From Actinomycetota bacterium (GTDB taxonomy: Bacteria > Actinomycetota > CADDZG01 > WHSQ01): 39,001 bases of DNA. Shown piece by piece: positions 8,476 to 17,727 of the stretch. Within the stretch, counting starts at the first letter, position 1, and each line of letters starts with the position of its first letter. The notes below the pieces were generated by a model. The model had not been told where the DNA came from and did not search any database. It was given only the letters and a program-made list of their open reading frames with translations. The translations under genes were made by a program, and so were the position numbers. The DNA lies in assembly GCA_050998655.1 (NCBI GenBank), contig JBPCPZ010000128.1, forward strand, positions 1 to 39,001. Reading direction: 5' to 3'.

Positions 8476-10173
8476 CTACCCCAACGCAATCATGCGCCGG
8501 TCAACTCCCGCTCTGGGGTGGCGAGCCTCGATCCGGACTTGACCCCCTCTGGGCGCCTCGATTACCCACTCGGCCTTGGCCCGGTCGGGCGGTTCGTCTG
8601 CGTCGAACCACGAGAGCAAGCTGCGCTCCGTCACCCGGCCCCCTAGCTGACCCAGCTCGGCCTTTTCTTCCCCCGAGAGTCTTCGGGCATCGGCCGGCAG
8701 CGTGAGCTCTACCTCCACTCCCGGACAGAGCTTGCGCTCGACCGCCTTGGCTGAGACGTTCGTGGGCAAAAAACCGGTGTTCTCGACCACCACTGTGAGC
8801 CGGTAGGTGCTGGCGCCCAATCGCTCTACCTCGACCCGCTGCAGCACGAGTCGCGGGGAGATCAGGAGGTGATAGACGGCGAACTCCGAATGAGGGGCGA
8901 TCTCCTGCTCCAGGAACTCGGGGGGCGGGTTGACCCAGCAGTAGAAGAGGTCCCAGCCGCCGAGCTCGACAGGGCCGAGTTGCGGGTGCTCGAAGGGATA
9001 CCAGTCGACGTAGCCGCGGCCCGAGAGCTCTTCGTCGTTCCAGGTGAGCAGCTTCAGGTCGTCTTCGACGGAGTGCTCCTTGAACCACTCGATCAGGTGG
9101 AAATCGGTGATGCCGGCGCGCCGCTGAGGACTCCAGAACTCGGTCGTCCACGAGAACACGCCCAGGTGCTCGTAGGACCAGTCGTCGGCGCCGCCTTTGA
9201 TGGTCGATTTCGGGTCGTACTTGAAGTCGTGGAACACCGACGCGGACGGATATCCGGTGATGGCCGTAGCCTTGGCCCCGATTAGCTTGTAGGCGGCCAG
9301 GTCCTTGGAGGGGAAGTGGTCGTCGGGGTGGCTGGAGTAGGGCCTCAGGTGAACGCCCGAAAAGGTGTGGTAGGTGATGTGAGCGGTGATATTGGGCCTC
9401 GCCACGACCGCTTCGACCATGGCCCTGACTTCGGGCTCCGAGGCGGGGAAGGGTCCGGCCCCCGACTGCTCGCTCTCGGGCGACCACTCCATGGGGTAGT
9501 TGCGGTTGAGGTCCAGGCCCTCGAGCGGCTCGGCAGGTTTCACCGAGACCCCGTCGTATCCCTCGAGGGTGCCTTCGGGAAGAATGCGGAAGAAAGTGCC
9601 GTCTTCGGCCGGCTCGTCTGGCTCCCTTCGCACCATCAGCCGGGCCTGTTCCGGGTGCGCCTTCCAGGCGCCGTTTCGGTCCTCAATCCGCATCATCAAG
9701 ATGCGCCCGTCGCCGTCGATGTCCTCTTGATGCAGGCCCTTGCGGCGATGTGGGAAGGGGTAGGCGCGCACGCTCGATCTCACGAATCGGGGCCTGTCTG
9801 CGAGCGCCAGCTCCGCGCCGTCGGGGTTGAGACGAGGGACGATGTAGAAGGCCCTGGTGTCGAGGACCGCAGTGATGCGAGAGTCGCGCCCGTGTCCGCT
9901 CAGGAGATGGTGAATGAGGTGCAGGGCGGCGGTGCAGCCGGTGACCTCGTCGGCGTGGATATTTGCGTCGAGCCACAGCGCGGGCTTGTCCCGATCTCCT
10001 GCCACATCGAAGTTGGTGACCGTCACAAGCCAGATGTCGCGTCCCTCGTAGGACTTGCCGATGCTCTCCAGCCGCAGCAGCGTGGAATGGTTTTCCGCCC
10101 AGCGCCGCAGGATCGCACAGAGCTCGTCGTAGCGAAAGAAGCGGTCGAACGGCGGAGGGGTCTCCGCCGTCAC
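8476..10173 (-). CDS. M14 family zinc carboxypeptidase (no signal peptide seen, likely cytosolic)
   Basis: Zn-binding HxxE in NIHADEVTG, then DLNRNYP, ITYHTFSG and WTTEFW blocks in the M14 order. 565 aa with an extra C-terminal domain. GTG start at 10173. Confidence 0.85.
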   Translation of the reverse strand: MTAETPPPFDRFFRYDELCAILRRWAENHSTLLRLESIGKSYEGRDIWLVTVTNFDVAGDRDKPALWLDANIHADEVTGCTAALHLIHHLLSGHGRDSRITAVLDTRAFYIVPRLNPDGAELALADRPRFVRSSVRAYPFPHRRKGLHQEDIDGDGRILMMRIEDRNGAWKAHPEQARLMVRREPDEPAEDGTFFRILPEGTLEGYDGVSVKPAEPLEGLDLNRNYPMEWSPESEQSGAGPFPASEPEVRAMVEAVVARPNITAHITYHTFSGVHLRPYSSHPDDHFPSKDLAAYKLIGAKATAITGYPSASVFHDFKYDPKSTIKGGADDWSYEHLGVFSWTTEFWSPQRRAGITDFHLIEWFKEHSVEDDLKLLTWNDEELSGRGYVDWYPFEHPQLGPVELGGWDLFYCWVNPPPEFLEQEIAPHSEFAVYHLLISPRLVLQRVEVERLGASTYRLTVVVENTGFLPTNVSAKAVERKLCPGVEVELTLPADARRLSGEEKAELGQLGGRVTERSLLSWFDADEPPDRAKAEWVIEAPRGGQVRIEARHPRAGVDRRMIALG

Positions 10174-10210
10174 GTCGTCAGGCCTGGCGGCACGTCGTCA
10201 GGCCTGGCGG
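10171..10210. repeat. perfect 20-bp tandem duplication at a gene junction
   Basis: cacgtcgtcaggcctggcgg occurs at 10171-10190 and again at 10191-10210. One copy holds the peptidase GTG start (10173-10171). The other holds the methyltransferase TGA stop (10200-10198). Confidence 0.95.
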
Positions 10211-10926
10211 CACGACCAGACGGCGAGCCGCCACAGCAGGCGGCTCCCCTTGCGCTTGAGGTCCACGAGGCCGTCCGAGATCAATCTCGCGACCTTGTCC
10301 GATTCCAGAATCGAGCCCGGCAGCGGGAACTGGCGCTCGATCAGCTTCTTGACGTTTTCTGCCCCGAAGAGGCGGCGGGCTGTCTCGAGGACCGTCGACT
10401 CGTCCTGGATCGTGCCCGTGGGGAGGTAGAGGCGGCCACCGGGCTTGAGGCAGTGCTGGACCCCCTCGAGCATGGCGACCGGCAACTCGGCCCCGGTCGG
10501 CCCCCCTCCTATGCCGTCCGGAAACCACCCGGTCGCCAGCGCTATGGGGTCGGGAATGCCGGAGACGTCACCGATGATGACGTCCGCCCGGATGTCTCTG
10601 ACGGGCTCCAGCAGGTTTCCCACCCTGAACTCGGTCACGGCCGAGACGCCGAGGCGGCGGGCATTCTCCCGTGCCGCCTTTACGGCCTCGGAGGAGAGGT
10701 CGCAGCCGTAGGCCTTAGCGGCCTTCAGCCGGGCCGCCACGAAGGCGAGGACGCCCGAGCCGCAGCCCACGTCCACCACCACGTCCCCATCGTGTATCTC
10801 CATTGCTTCCGCCAGCGTGACGCTCGTGGAGGTCGGCCGGAAGACTCCGGGGGTCAGGGTCACGGTGAAGGGGCCTGTGCGGCCCTTCCACGTGTATTCG
10901 GTTGTCGTTTGCGTCTCGTGGCTCAT
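10198..10926 (-). CDS. class I SAM-dependent methyltransferase
   Basis: SAM-binding motif I VVDVGCGSGVLAF and acidic loop YGCDLS, in 242 aa. The tracked ORF (to 11655) runs antisense through icd. The ATG at 10926 (MSHETQ...) is the first start outside icd. Confidence 0.8.
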   Translation of the reverse strand: MSHETQTTTEYTWKGRTGPFTVTLTPGVFRPTSTSVTLAEAMEIHDGDVVVDVGCGSGVLAFVAARLKAAKAYGCDLSSEAVKAARENARRLGVSAVTEFRVGNLLEPVRDIRADVIIGDVSGIPDPIALATGWFPDGIGGGPTGAELPVAMLEGVQHCLKPGGRLYLPTGTIQDESTVLETARRLFGAENVKKLIERQFPLPGSILESDKVARLISDGLVDLKRKGSRLLWRLAVWSCRQA

Positions 10927-11061
10927 CAGTCTCCCGCAGCCGGTGTCTGAGGACGATGATAGGCGGCCCGGCGCCCCTACGCTAGCCGCCCCCGTCCACT
11001 CCCGCTCCATCGAGTAGTTTTCCCGTCTCAGCCATCCTCTCCAGCCGCCCCAGGAGCCCCC

Positions 11062-12180
11062 ATGAGTGATAGAGAATTGAGCGACAAGACCCACCGCGTG
11101 ACCCTCATCCCCGGAGACGGGACCGGCCCCGAGATCTCCGAGGCGACCCGGCGAGTCCTGGACGCCACCGGCGTGAGCTTCGACTGGGACGTGCAGCACG
11201 CCGGCGTGGACGTCATGGACGAGTTCGGCACTCCCCTTCCGGACCAGGTCCTCGACTCGATCCGGGCCAACGGAGTCGCCATCAAGGGCCCGATCACCAC
11301 TCCCGTCGGCACCGGGTTCAGGAGCGTCAACGTGGCTTTGCGGAAGGAGCTCGACCTCTACATGTGCCTGCGCCCTTGTAAGTCTTACCCGGGCGTGAGA
11401 TCCCGTTACGAGAACATCGATCTCGTGGTCGTGCGCGAGAACCATGAGGACCTCTACGCAGGGATCGAGTTCGAGCAGGGCTCGGCCGAGGCCAGAAAGC
11501 TCATCGACTTCCTCGCCGACCTCGGCAGTCGACGCATTCGCGACGACTCCGGAATCTCGATCAAGCCGATATCGGTCACAGGGACTCGCAGGATCGTCTC
11601 GGGCGCCTTCGACTATGCCATCAAGCACAAGCGTTCCAAGGTCACCGCCGTGCACAAGGCGAACATCATGAAGTTCTCCGACGGACTCTATCTGAAGACT
11701 GCACGCGAGGTCGCCGAGGAGTACTCGGACTCAGGCATCGAGTTCGAAGATCGCATCGTCGACAATATGTGCATGCAGCTCGTCCAGAAGCCCGAGCTAT
11801 ACGACGTGCTGGTGCTTCCCAATCTCTACGGGGACATCATCTCGGATCTAGGGGCGGGGCTGATCGGAGGTCTCGGTGTGGCGCCGGGAGGAAACATAGG
11901 TGACGAAGCTGCGGTGTTCGAGCCCACCCACGGCTCGGCCCCCAAGTACACGGGTCAGAACAAAGTCAATCCCATGGCGATGATGCTGTCCGGTGTTCTG
12001 ATGCTGCAACACCTCGAGGAGATGCAAGCGGCCGAGCGCCTGGAATCCGCCATCGCAGGAGTGATCGAGGAGGGCAACAGCGTCACCTACGACATGAAGC
12101 CCAACCGCGACGATCCCAGCGCAGTGGGTACGTCTGAAGTGGCGGACGCCGTCATCACAAAACTCGAGAGCAGTCGCTGA
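11062..12180 (+). CDS. icd: isocitrate dehydrogenase (isocitrate/isopropylmalate dehydrogenase family)
   Basis: [63 protein letters not shown] and [10 protein letters not shown] are collinear with prokaryotic ICDH. Cofactor specificity not determined. Confidence 0.9.
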   Translation: MSDRELSDKTHRVTLIPGDGTGPEISEATRRVLDATGVSFDWDVQHAGVDVMDEFGTPLPDQVLDSIRANGVAIKGPITTPVGTGFRSVNVALRKELDLYMCLRPCKSYPGVRSRYENIDLVVVRENHEDLYAGIEFEQGSAEARKLIDFLADLGSRRIRDDSGISIKPISVTGTRRIVSGAFDYAIKHKRSKVTAVHKANIMKFSDGLYLKTAREVAEEYSDSGIEFEDRIVDNMCMQLVQKPELYDVLVLPNLYGDIISDLGAGLIGGLGVAPGGNIGDEAAVFEPTHGSAPKYTGQNKVNPMAMMLSGVLMLQHLEEMQAAERLESAIAGVIEEGNSVTYDMKPNRDDPSAVGTSEVADAVITKLESSR

Positions 12181-12227
12181 GACCACCTGCGACACTGAGA
12201 CCTGCGACAGAAGGAGAGTTTAGGAAA

Positions 12228-13172
12228 GTGACCAAGGCTACGGTCGTAGGTGCAGGAAATGTCGGCTCCAACACCGCGCGCCGGATCGCGGAGAAGGATG
12301 TTGCCGACGAGGTCGTGTTGATTGACATAGTCGAGGGACTTCCTCAGGGCCTTGCGCTCGACCTCAATCAATCGGCGCCGGTGGAGGGCTTCGAGGCGAC
12401 GGTTGTGGGGACCAACGACTATGCCGACACAGCTTCCTCGGACGTCGTGGTGATCACCGCCGGTCTCCCCCGCAAGCCCGGTATGAGCCGTATGGATCTG
12501 CTCGAAAAGAATGCTGAGATTGTGTCCGGAGTAAGCGAGCAGATCGCAAAGCATTCGCCCGAGGCTGTGCTCGTGGTTGTCTCGAACCCGCTCGACGAGA
12601 TGACCTACCTCACCTCCCTCGTCTCGGGTTTCCCCAAGGGGCGCGTGATGGGGATGGCCGGCGTGCTTGATTCGAGCCGCCTTCGCTTCTTTATCGCCGA
12701 ACGCCTCTCGGTGCCGCCCGCATCTGTTGAGGCGATGACGCTTGGCTCTCACGGCGATCAGATGGTCGCGCTGCCTCGGCACGCCACCGTCAACGGCAGA
12801 CCAATCCCCGAGCTGATAGACGACAAAGGGCTGTCGGACCTCTTCGCCCGTACGCGCGATGCAGGGGCCGAGATCGTCGGTTATCTCAAGAAGGGCAGTG
12901 CTTTCTATGCGCCGTCATCTGCGGCTGCTGCGATGGTGAATGCAATTTTGAGTGACTCTGGGGAGGTTTTTCCCACCTGTGCCTGGACCACCGGTGAGTA
13001 CGGGATCTCCGATGTCTATCTGGGAGTTCCTGCACGCCTCGGCATCTCCGGCGTCGTGGAAATAGTTGAGCTCGAACTCGAGCTCAACGAAGACGAGAGC
13101 GACCAGTTGAAAGAGGCGGCCGAGGCGATCCGCTCCAAATGCAAGGAGCTGGAGGCACACCGCCCCTCGTGA
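12228..13172 (+). CDS. mdh: malate dehydrogenase (LDH-like MDH family)
   Basis: N-terminal Rossmann VVGAGNVGS, ITAGLPRKPGMSRMDLL, VVVSNPLD and catalytic-His block GSHGD. AAGGAGAG RBS upstream. Confidence 0.93.
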   Translation: MTKATVVGAGNVGSNTARRIAEKDVADEVVLIDIVEGLPQGLALDLNQSAPVEGFEATVVGTNDYADTASSDVVVITAGLPRKPGMSRMDLLEKNAEIVSGVSEQIAKHSPEAVLVVVSNPLDEMTYLTSLVSGFPKGRVMGMAGVLDSSRLRFFIAERLSVPPASVEAMTLGSHGDQMVALPRHATVNGRPIPELIDDKGLSDLFARTRDAGAEIVGYLKKGSAFYAPSSAAAAMVNAILSDSGEVFPTCAWTTGEYGISDVYLGVPARLGISGVVEIVELELELNEDESDQLKEAAEAIRSKCKELEAHRPS

Positions 13173-13180
13173 CTCCCACC

Positions 13181-13918
13181 ATGGAAGTGGATGACGCGAC
13201 CTTCGAGGTGGAGGTCCTCGAGCGCTCGCACGAGGCGCCGGTAGTGGTCGACTTCTGGGCAGAGTGGTGCGGGCCGTGCCGATCGCTGGGGCCGGTTCTC
13301 GAAAGGCTCGCCACCGAGGCCGATGGTTCCTGGACTCTCGCCAAAGTGGACGTCGACAAGAATCCGATGCTCGCCCAAACCTTCGGAGTCCGGGGGATCC
13401 CTTCAGTCAAGGCTTTCAAGGACGCCCGCCCGGTGGCGGAGTTCACCGGGGCCCTTCCCGAGCCTCAGGTGCGGGCCTGGCTTCAGGGCTTGGGGCCCTC
13501 GCCGGCAGATCTCGAGTTCGAGGAGGCCTCCCGACTGGAGGCAGGCGGCAGGCTGCGTGAAGCGGCGGACGGCTACAGGAGCGTGCTGAACATGGAACCG
13601 GCGCGCTCTGAGGTTCGTGCGGGGCTCGCTCGCGTCGAGCTCGCCCTTCGTGCGGAGGGGCTCGACGAGGCAGAGCTCAGGCGCAAGCTCGACGAGAATC
13701 CCTCCGACGTGGATCTCCTGATACGACTGGCCGACGTCGAGGCCGCCTCGGGTCGCCTGGAGAAGGCGTTGGAGCGTCTGCTGGACGTCGTCCGGACCAG
13801 CTCCGAGCCGGATCGAGAAGAGGCGCGGCGCCATCTCGTAGGGCTCATGGATGCGCTGCCGCCGGACGACCCCCGACTTCTCTCCACCCGCCGGGCGCTG
13901 TCGCGCGCCCTGTTCTAG
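13181..13918 (+). CDS. thioredoxin-domain protein with C-terminal TPR-like domain (YbbN/CnoX-like)
   Basis: FWAEWCGPCR active site, followed by a helical Ala/Leu/Arg-rich C-terminal half. The tracked start at 13139 overlaps mdh. The ATG at 13181 or the GTG at 13169 (GTGA overlap with the mdh stop) is more plausible. Confidence 0.85.
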   Translation: MEVDDATFEVEVLERSHEAPVVVDFWAEWCGPCRSLGPVLERLATEADGSWTLAKVDVDKNPMLAQTFGVRGIPSVKAFKDARPVAEFTGALPEPQVRAWLQGLGPSPADLEFEEASRLEAGGRLREAADGYRSVLNMEPARSEVRAGLARVELALRAEGLDEAELRRKLDENPSDVDLLIRLADVEAASGRLEKALERLLDVVRTSSEPDREEARRHLVGLMDALPPDDPRLLSTRRALSRALF

Positions 13919-14022
13919 GCTCCGCGGGAGGTTTCTGCAATCCGCGAACGGACCTGGGGCCGAACCATCTCTAGAACGGTCTACTCGAGCACGATGAGGC
14001 CGCGTGGCCTACGATTTTCACT

Positions 14023-14577
14023 ATGGATCTCGAGGGCGATATGACTCTCGTCGAGAGGCTGGTGGCTCGTGACGAGGAGGCGCTGCGTGAAGCTATAGAA
14101 ACCTACGGAGGGGTGGTGTTTGGGATGGCGAAACGGATCGTGAATGATCCAAACCTCGCCGAAGAGGTTGCTCAGGACACCTTTCTAAGCCTGTGGCGCC
14201 GCCCGGGAGCCTTCGACTCACGGAAGGGAGCCCTGGGCAGTTTTCTCGTTGGTGTGGCTCGAAACAAGAGCGTGGATCTCGTCCGCAGGGAGGAATCGGT
14301 GCGGCGGCGTCGGGATTCGCTCGCCGCCGAGTTCGGGGCGAGGACCGTGGTGGACTCATCCGAGGACGGGCTCGGGTCCGTCGATGATCGCGAACAGGTG
14401 AAAGACGCGCTCACACAACTCTCAGACATGCAGCGCGAGGCCGTTGTGCTCGCCTATTTCGGGGGCCGCACTTATCGAGAGGTGGCGGTAGAGCTCGGCG
14501 TGCCCGAGGGTACTGCCAAGACGAGGCTGCGAGACGGGCTGCTGCGGCTCCGACAGCTACTCGCGAGCGAGGCATGA
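14023..14577 (+). CDS. ECF-type RNA polymerase sigma factor
   Basis: Region 2 (AEEVAQDTFLSLW, ARNKSVDLVRRE) and region 4 HTH (TYREVAVELGVPEGTAKTRLRDGL). Confidence 0.9.
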   Translation: MDLEGDMTLVERLVARDEEALREAIETYGGVVFGMAKRIVNDPNLAEEVAQDTFLSLWRRPGAFDSRKGALGSFLVGVARNKSVDLVRREESVRRRRDSLAAEFGARTVVDSSEDGLGSVDDREQVKDALTQLSDMQREAVVLAYFGGRTYREVAVELGVPEGTAKTRLRDGLLRLRQLLASEA

Positions 14578-15308
14578 GCATGGACCGTTCCCACGAGGAA
14601 CTCAAGGCCCTGGTCGCTCCCTATGCGGTAGGGGCGGTTCCGGCCGACGAGATGGACGCCATCCGCGTACACATCATGAGCTGTGATGAATGCACGGCGG
14701 AACTCGATTCCATCCAGACGGCGGTGGACGACCTCGCCTTCGCGGTCGTCCCCGTTCCTCTGCCCTCCGGTTTCGCCGAAAGAGTCATGGCTCAGGTCGC
14801 GGCCGAGAGGCCCGCCGAGACAGTCCCGGCGCCATCGAAGCGGAGGTTCTCGTTTTCGTGGGCTCCCGCCCTGGCGGCCGCTGCCCTGCTGTTGGCGACC
14901 GCAGTGATGGCGGCCGGTTTCGTGGACGCGCGCAGCGATCTGGCGAGCACAAAGCGCCTGTCCGAGGCGCTGTGGAAAGTGAAGGCGGACTTCACCTTGA
15001 AGGGCGAGGGGCGCGCCGCCGCCAAGATGCTGACCACTCCGGATGGCGGGATGGTGTTCATCTCCCGAGGGCTGGCTGAGGCCGAGGAGGGTCGCGACTA
15101 TCAGCTCTGGCTGATGCGCGGGTCATGTGCGCAGGTTGCCGATCCTGCCTGCGAGAAGATCAGCGCCGGCACCTTCGAAGTGACAGACAGAGTCGCTATC
15201 GTCCGGTCGCCTGATTCGCTCGAGGGTTTCAAGCGGGCGGCGGTGACGGTCGAGCGTGATGGTGGGGCGCCGCAGCCCACCACGGACCCGGTGCTCCTCT
15301 CGGCCTGA
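14574..15308 (+). CDS. anti-sigma factor (zf-HC2 N-terminus, single TM, RskA-like extracytoplasmic domain)
   Basis: ATGA overlap with the sigma gene. It has an HIMSCDEC (H-x3-C-x2-C) motif, a central hydrophobic segment WAPALAAAALLLATAVMAAGF, and a C-terminal DYQLWLM block as in anti-sigma-K RskA. Confidence 0.8.
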   Translation: MSMDRSHEELKALVAPYAVGAVPADEMDAIRVHIMSCDECTAELDSIQTAVDDLAFAVVPVPLPSGFAERVMAQVAAERPAETVPAPSKRRFSFSWAPALAAAALLLATAVMAAGFVDARSDLASTKRLSEALWKVKADFTLKGEGRAAAKMLTTPDGGMVFISRGLAEAEEGRDYQLWLMRGSCAQVADPACEKISAGTFEVTDRVAIVRSPDSLEGFKRAAVTVERDGGAPQPTTDPVLLSA

Positions 15309-15421
15309 TTTCGGCCAGAAGTGCTCACACGCCCTAGTGCGCTTGGAAGTACCGTTTGGGTACCCAGGCGCTCAAGTGTGCGATCGACTACCGGCTCTCG
15401 AGTTCGCCGTAATCTTCTGCG

Positions 15422-16291
15422 ATGCGGATTCTTCTGCTCTGCAACGAGTCCTCGGGAAGCTCTGACTCTCAGGTGGTCGATTCCATCGCCCAGGAGCTCT
15501 CGACCCTCGGGTCGGTAACCTCGCTCGTTCCCAGCTCGCTCGAGTCGTTCGACGAGGAGGTCTCCCACGCCGCGCATGACGCCGACCTTCTAGTGGTGGC
15601 GGGTGGGGACGGAACCGTTAACTGCACCGTGAACGCGCTCCGCGATGAGCTCGGCGCGGTGAAACTTGCGCTCGTGCCTATGGGCACCGGCAACGACCTC
15701 GCTCGTACCTTGGAGATAGCGCGCGACCCACTCGAGGCGGCGAGAGCAGTGATCTCGGGCAGCAAACGTTCGATAGATGTGTGGCGGGCTCGCGGTGAGG
15801 GTGTCGACCGCCTCTTCGTCAATGCCTGTATGGGCGGTTTCCCGGTCGCGGTCAACGAGGCCATCAACGAGGATCTCAAGCGCAAGGTGGGCCCCCTCGC
15901 ATTCGTCATCGGAGGAGCCAAGGGGGCCGCGGACATGACTCGCTATCGAGTGACGATCAACGGCAAGGAGCTGGACGACTGCATCGCGGCCGGGGTCGGG
16001 AACGGGCAGACCTGCGGAGGGGGCGTGCGGGTATGGCCGCGCGCCGATCCCTCAGACGGCCTGTTAGACGCCTGCGTCCTCAGCGCCGAGGGTATCGGCG
16101 ATGCCGTCAAGCTCGCCGCCACCGTCCGATCCGGCCGCCACACCACGCTCGAGGAGGTGGCCAATCTCCGGGCTGCGCGCATTGAAATCTCGAGTGACCC
16201 CCCCATGGAGTTCAACCTCGATGGTGAACTCGAGCGGCTGGTTACGCCCGTGACCTTCGAGGGGGCCGGGACGATCACGATGCGGGTCTGA
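15422..16291 (+). CDS. diacylglycerol kinase-family lipid kinase (YegS/BmrU-like)
   Basis: Motifs VVAGGDGTVN and PMGTGNDLAR. 289 aa. Confidence 0.85.
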   Translation: MRILLLCNESSGSSDSQVVDSIAQELSTLGSVTSLVPSSLESFDEEVSHAAHDADLLVVAGGDGTVNCTVNALRDELGAVKLALVPMGTGNDLARTLEIARDPLEAARAVISGSKRSIDVWRARGEGVDRLFVNACMGGFPVAVNEAINEDLKRKVGPLAFVIGGAKGAADMTRYRVTINGKELDDCIAAGVGNGQTCGGGVRVWPRADPSDGLLDACVLSAEGIGDAVKLAATVRSGRHTTLEEVANLRAARIEISSDPPMEFNLDGELERLVTPVTFEGAGTITMRV

Positions 16292-16403
16292 CCTGCCCCA
16301 CCCAGGCCGCCCCGCCCGGCCTCGGTCGTTGATGTGCGACGTCTACCGTTAACCACCGGAAAAGGTGGCTGATGTGCGACTGTCTACTCCCAGCCTCCCG
16401 CTC

Positions 16404-16988
16404 TCACCGGTCGAGCCATTGATATGCCAGCAGCGAGGCGACCTCGTGCACCAGCTCACGGGCCTTTGTGGCGCGGCTGCGGTTGAGCTCTACGTAGGAG
16501 GCGGGGCTCGTATAGGCGCCCTCGAAGCCGAGGTCCAGCGCCATCGTCTTTATGCGTCTCGAGTGCAGCGGGTCCGAAACCAATAGGACCGAGTCGATGC
16601 CCTGTTGCTCGGCGATCTCAGCGACGCCCCGCAGGCTCTCCAATGTCGTTGTTCCTCGCTCCTCGAGGAGGATCCTCTGTGCGGGGATTCCTTGCTCGAT
16701 CAAGTAGGCCTCGCCTGCCTCGGACTCGGTGAAGCGGTCCCCCGGCTGCTTTCCACCGGTCACGATGATCGTGTCCGAGACATCGGTGTCGAAGAGGTGG
16801 GCGGCTTGCTCGAGTCGTGCTTCGAACATCGGAGAAGGCACGCCGTCGGACGGCGCGGCGCCGAGCACCACGATGGACTCGGCCGAGCGAACCTCGTCGT
16901 GGTGAGACTGGTCCCAGACGAGGAATGCAAGCGTGGCGGGATAGGCGAGTACCGCTAGAAGTAACGCGACGATGATCTTGCGAAACAT
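16404..16988 (-). CDS. DUF218 / YdcF-ElyC-SanA family membrane-anchored protein
   Basis: N-terminal TM helix, then the IVVLGAA...IIVTGGK...SVLLVSDPLHSRR pattern typical of DUF218. Confidence 0.8.
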   Translation of the reverse strand: MFRKIIVALLLAVLAYPATLAFLVWDQSHHDEVRSAESIVVLGAAPSDGVPSPMFEARLEQAAHLFDTDVSDTIIVTGGKQPGDRFTESEAGEAYLIEQGIPAQRILLEERGTTTLESLRGVAEIAEQQGIDSVLLVSDPLHSRRIKTMALDLGFEGAYTSPASYVELNRSRATKARELVHEVASLLAYQWLDR

Positions 16989-17001
16989 CGTCGCACCGGT
17001 C

Positions 17002-17727
17002 CTAAAACGACCTGTAAAGTGCGACGCGCTTTACTTCTTGGATCGCCTTGGTGACCTTTATCCCACGCGGGCATGCCTGCGTACAGTTGAACGCGGTCCG
17101 GCATTTGTAGGCGCCGTCCCGCTGCGAGAGTATCTCAAGGCGCTCGTCACCTCCTGTGTCACGTGAGTCGAAGATGAAGCGATGCGCGTTGACAATCGCG
17201 GCGGGGCCGACGTATTCCTCGTCGGACCAGAAGATTGGACACGCGGTTGTGCAGGCAGCGCAGAGGATGCATTTGGTGGTGTCGTCGAAGCGGTCGCGCT
17301 CTTCCTGAGACTGGATGCGCTCGCGTGCGGGCTCGTGCTCGGATTCATCGACGATGAGCCATGGCTTGACCGCCTTGTAACCGGCGAAGAAAGGCTCCAT
17401 GTCGACGATGAAGTCCTTGAGCACCGAAAGACCCCGAAGGGGCTCGACTGTAATCGGCTGCTTGAGGTCCTTGATGAGGACCTTGCAAGCCAGCACATTG
17501 ACACCGTTTACGACCATGGCATCGGAGCCGCACACTCCGTGCGCGCAGGAGAAGCGCAGCGCCAGTGAGGAATCCAGCTCCCACTTGACCTTGTGGAGGC
17601 AGTCCAACAGGCGCTCCATCGGGTCCGCCTCGACGCGGTAGCTCTCGAAGTGAGGCTGGGAATCGAACTCCGGGTTGTAGCGCAGCAGGTTGAGGTCGAC
17701 GTTCAATGTGTCAGTACTTCCTTTCAA
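17002..17727 (-). CDS. sdhB: succinate dehydrogenase / fumarate reductase iron-sulfur subunit
   Basis: Cys clusters [28 protein letters not shown] and CTQACPRGI, plus RYNPE near the N-terminus. An alternative TTG start at 17706 lies just after the sdhA stop. Confidence 0.92.
   Translation of the reverse strand: MKGSTDTLNVDLNLLRYNPEFDSQPHFESYRVEADPMERLLDCLHKVKWELDSSLALRFSCAHGVCGSDAMVVNGVNVLACKVLIKDLKQPITVEPLRGLSVLKDFIVDMEPFFAGYKAVKPWLIVDESEHEPARERIQSQEERDRFDDTTKCILCAACTTACPIFWSDEEYVGPAAIVNAHRFIFDSRDTGGDERLEILSQRDGAYKCRTAFNCTQACPRGIKVTKAIQEVKRVALYRSF

Noticed and set aside
9316-10950. 544-aa ORF on the + strand, plus similar long ORFs at 30011..31522 (-), 32478..33617 (-), 25697..26722 (+), 17804..18700 (+), 8501..9487 (-), 21830..22651 (-) and 5347..5961 (-).
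   Set aside because: All lie antisense to, or in alternative frames of, genes with clear family motifs. Their translations are Arg/Gly/Pro/Ala-rich and low in complexity, and carry no recognisable motifs. This is the expected stop-codon-poor artefact of high-GC DNA.
12185-12209. Short direct repeat acctgcgaca x2 between icd and mdh.
   Set aside because: Only 10 bp, within a 47-nt spacer dominated by the mdh RBS. It is too short to distinguish from chance.
13940-14022. Possible autoregulated ECF promoter (GAAC... / CGTC-like elements) upstream of the first sigma gene. A similar search was made in 37449-37625.
   Set aside because: GAAC-like and GTC-like elements are present, but their spacing (about 11 nt) does not fit the 16-17 nt ECF spacer. 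I could not support a call without a group-specific model.
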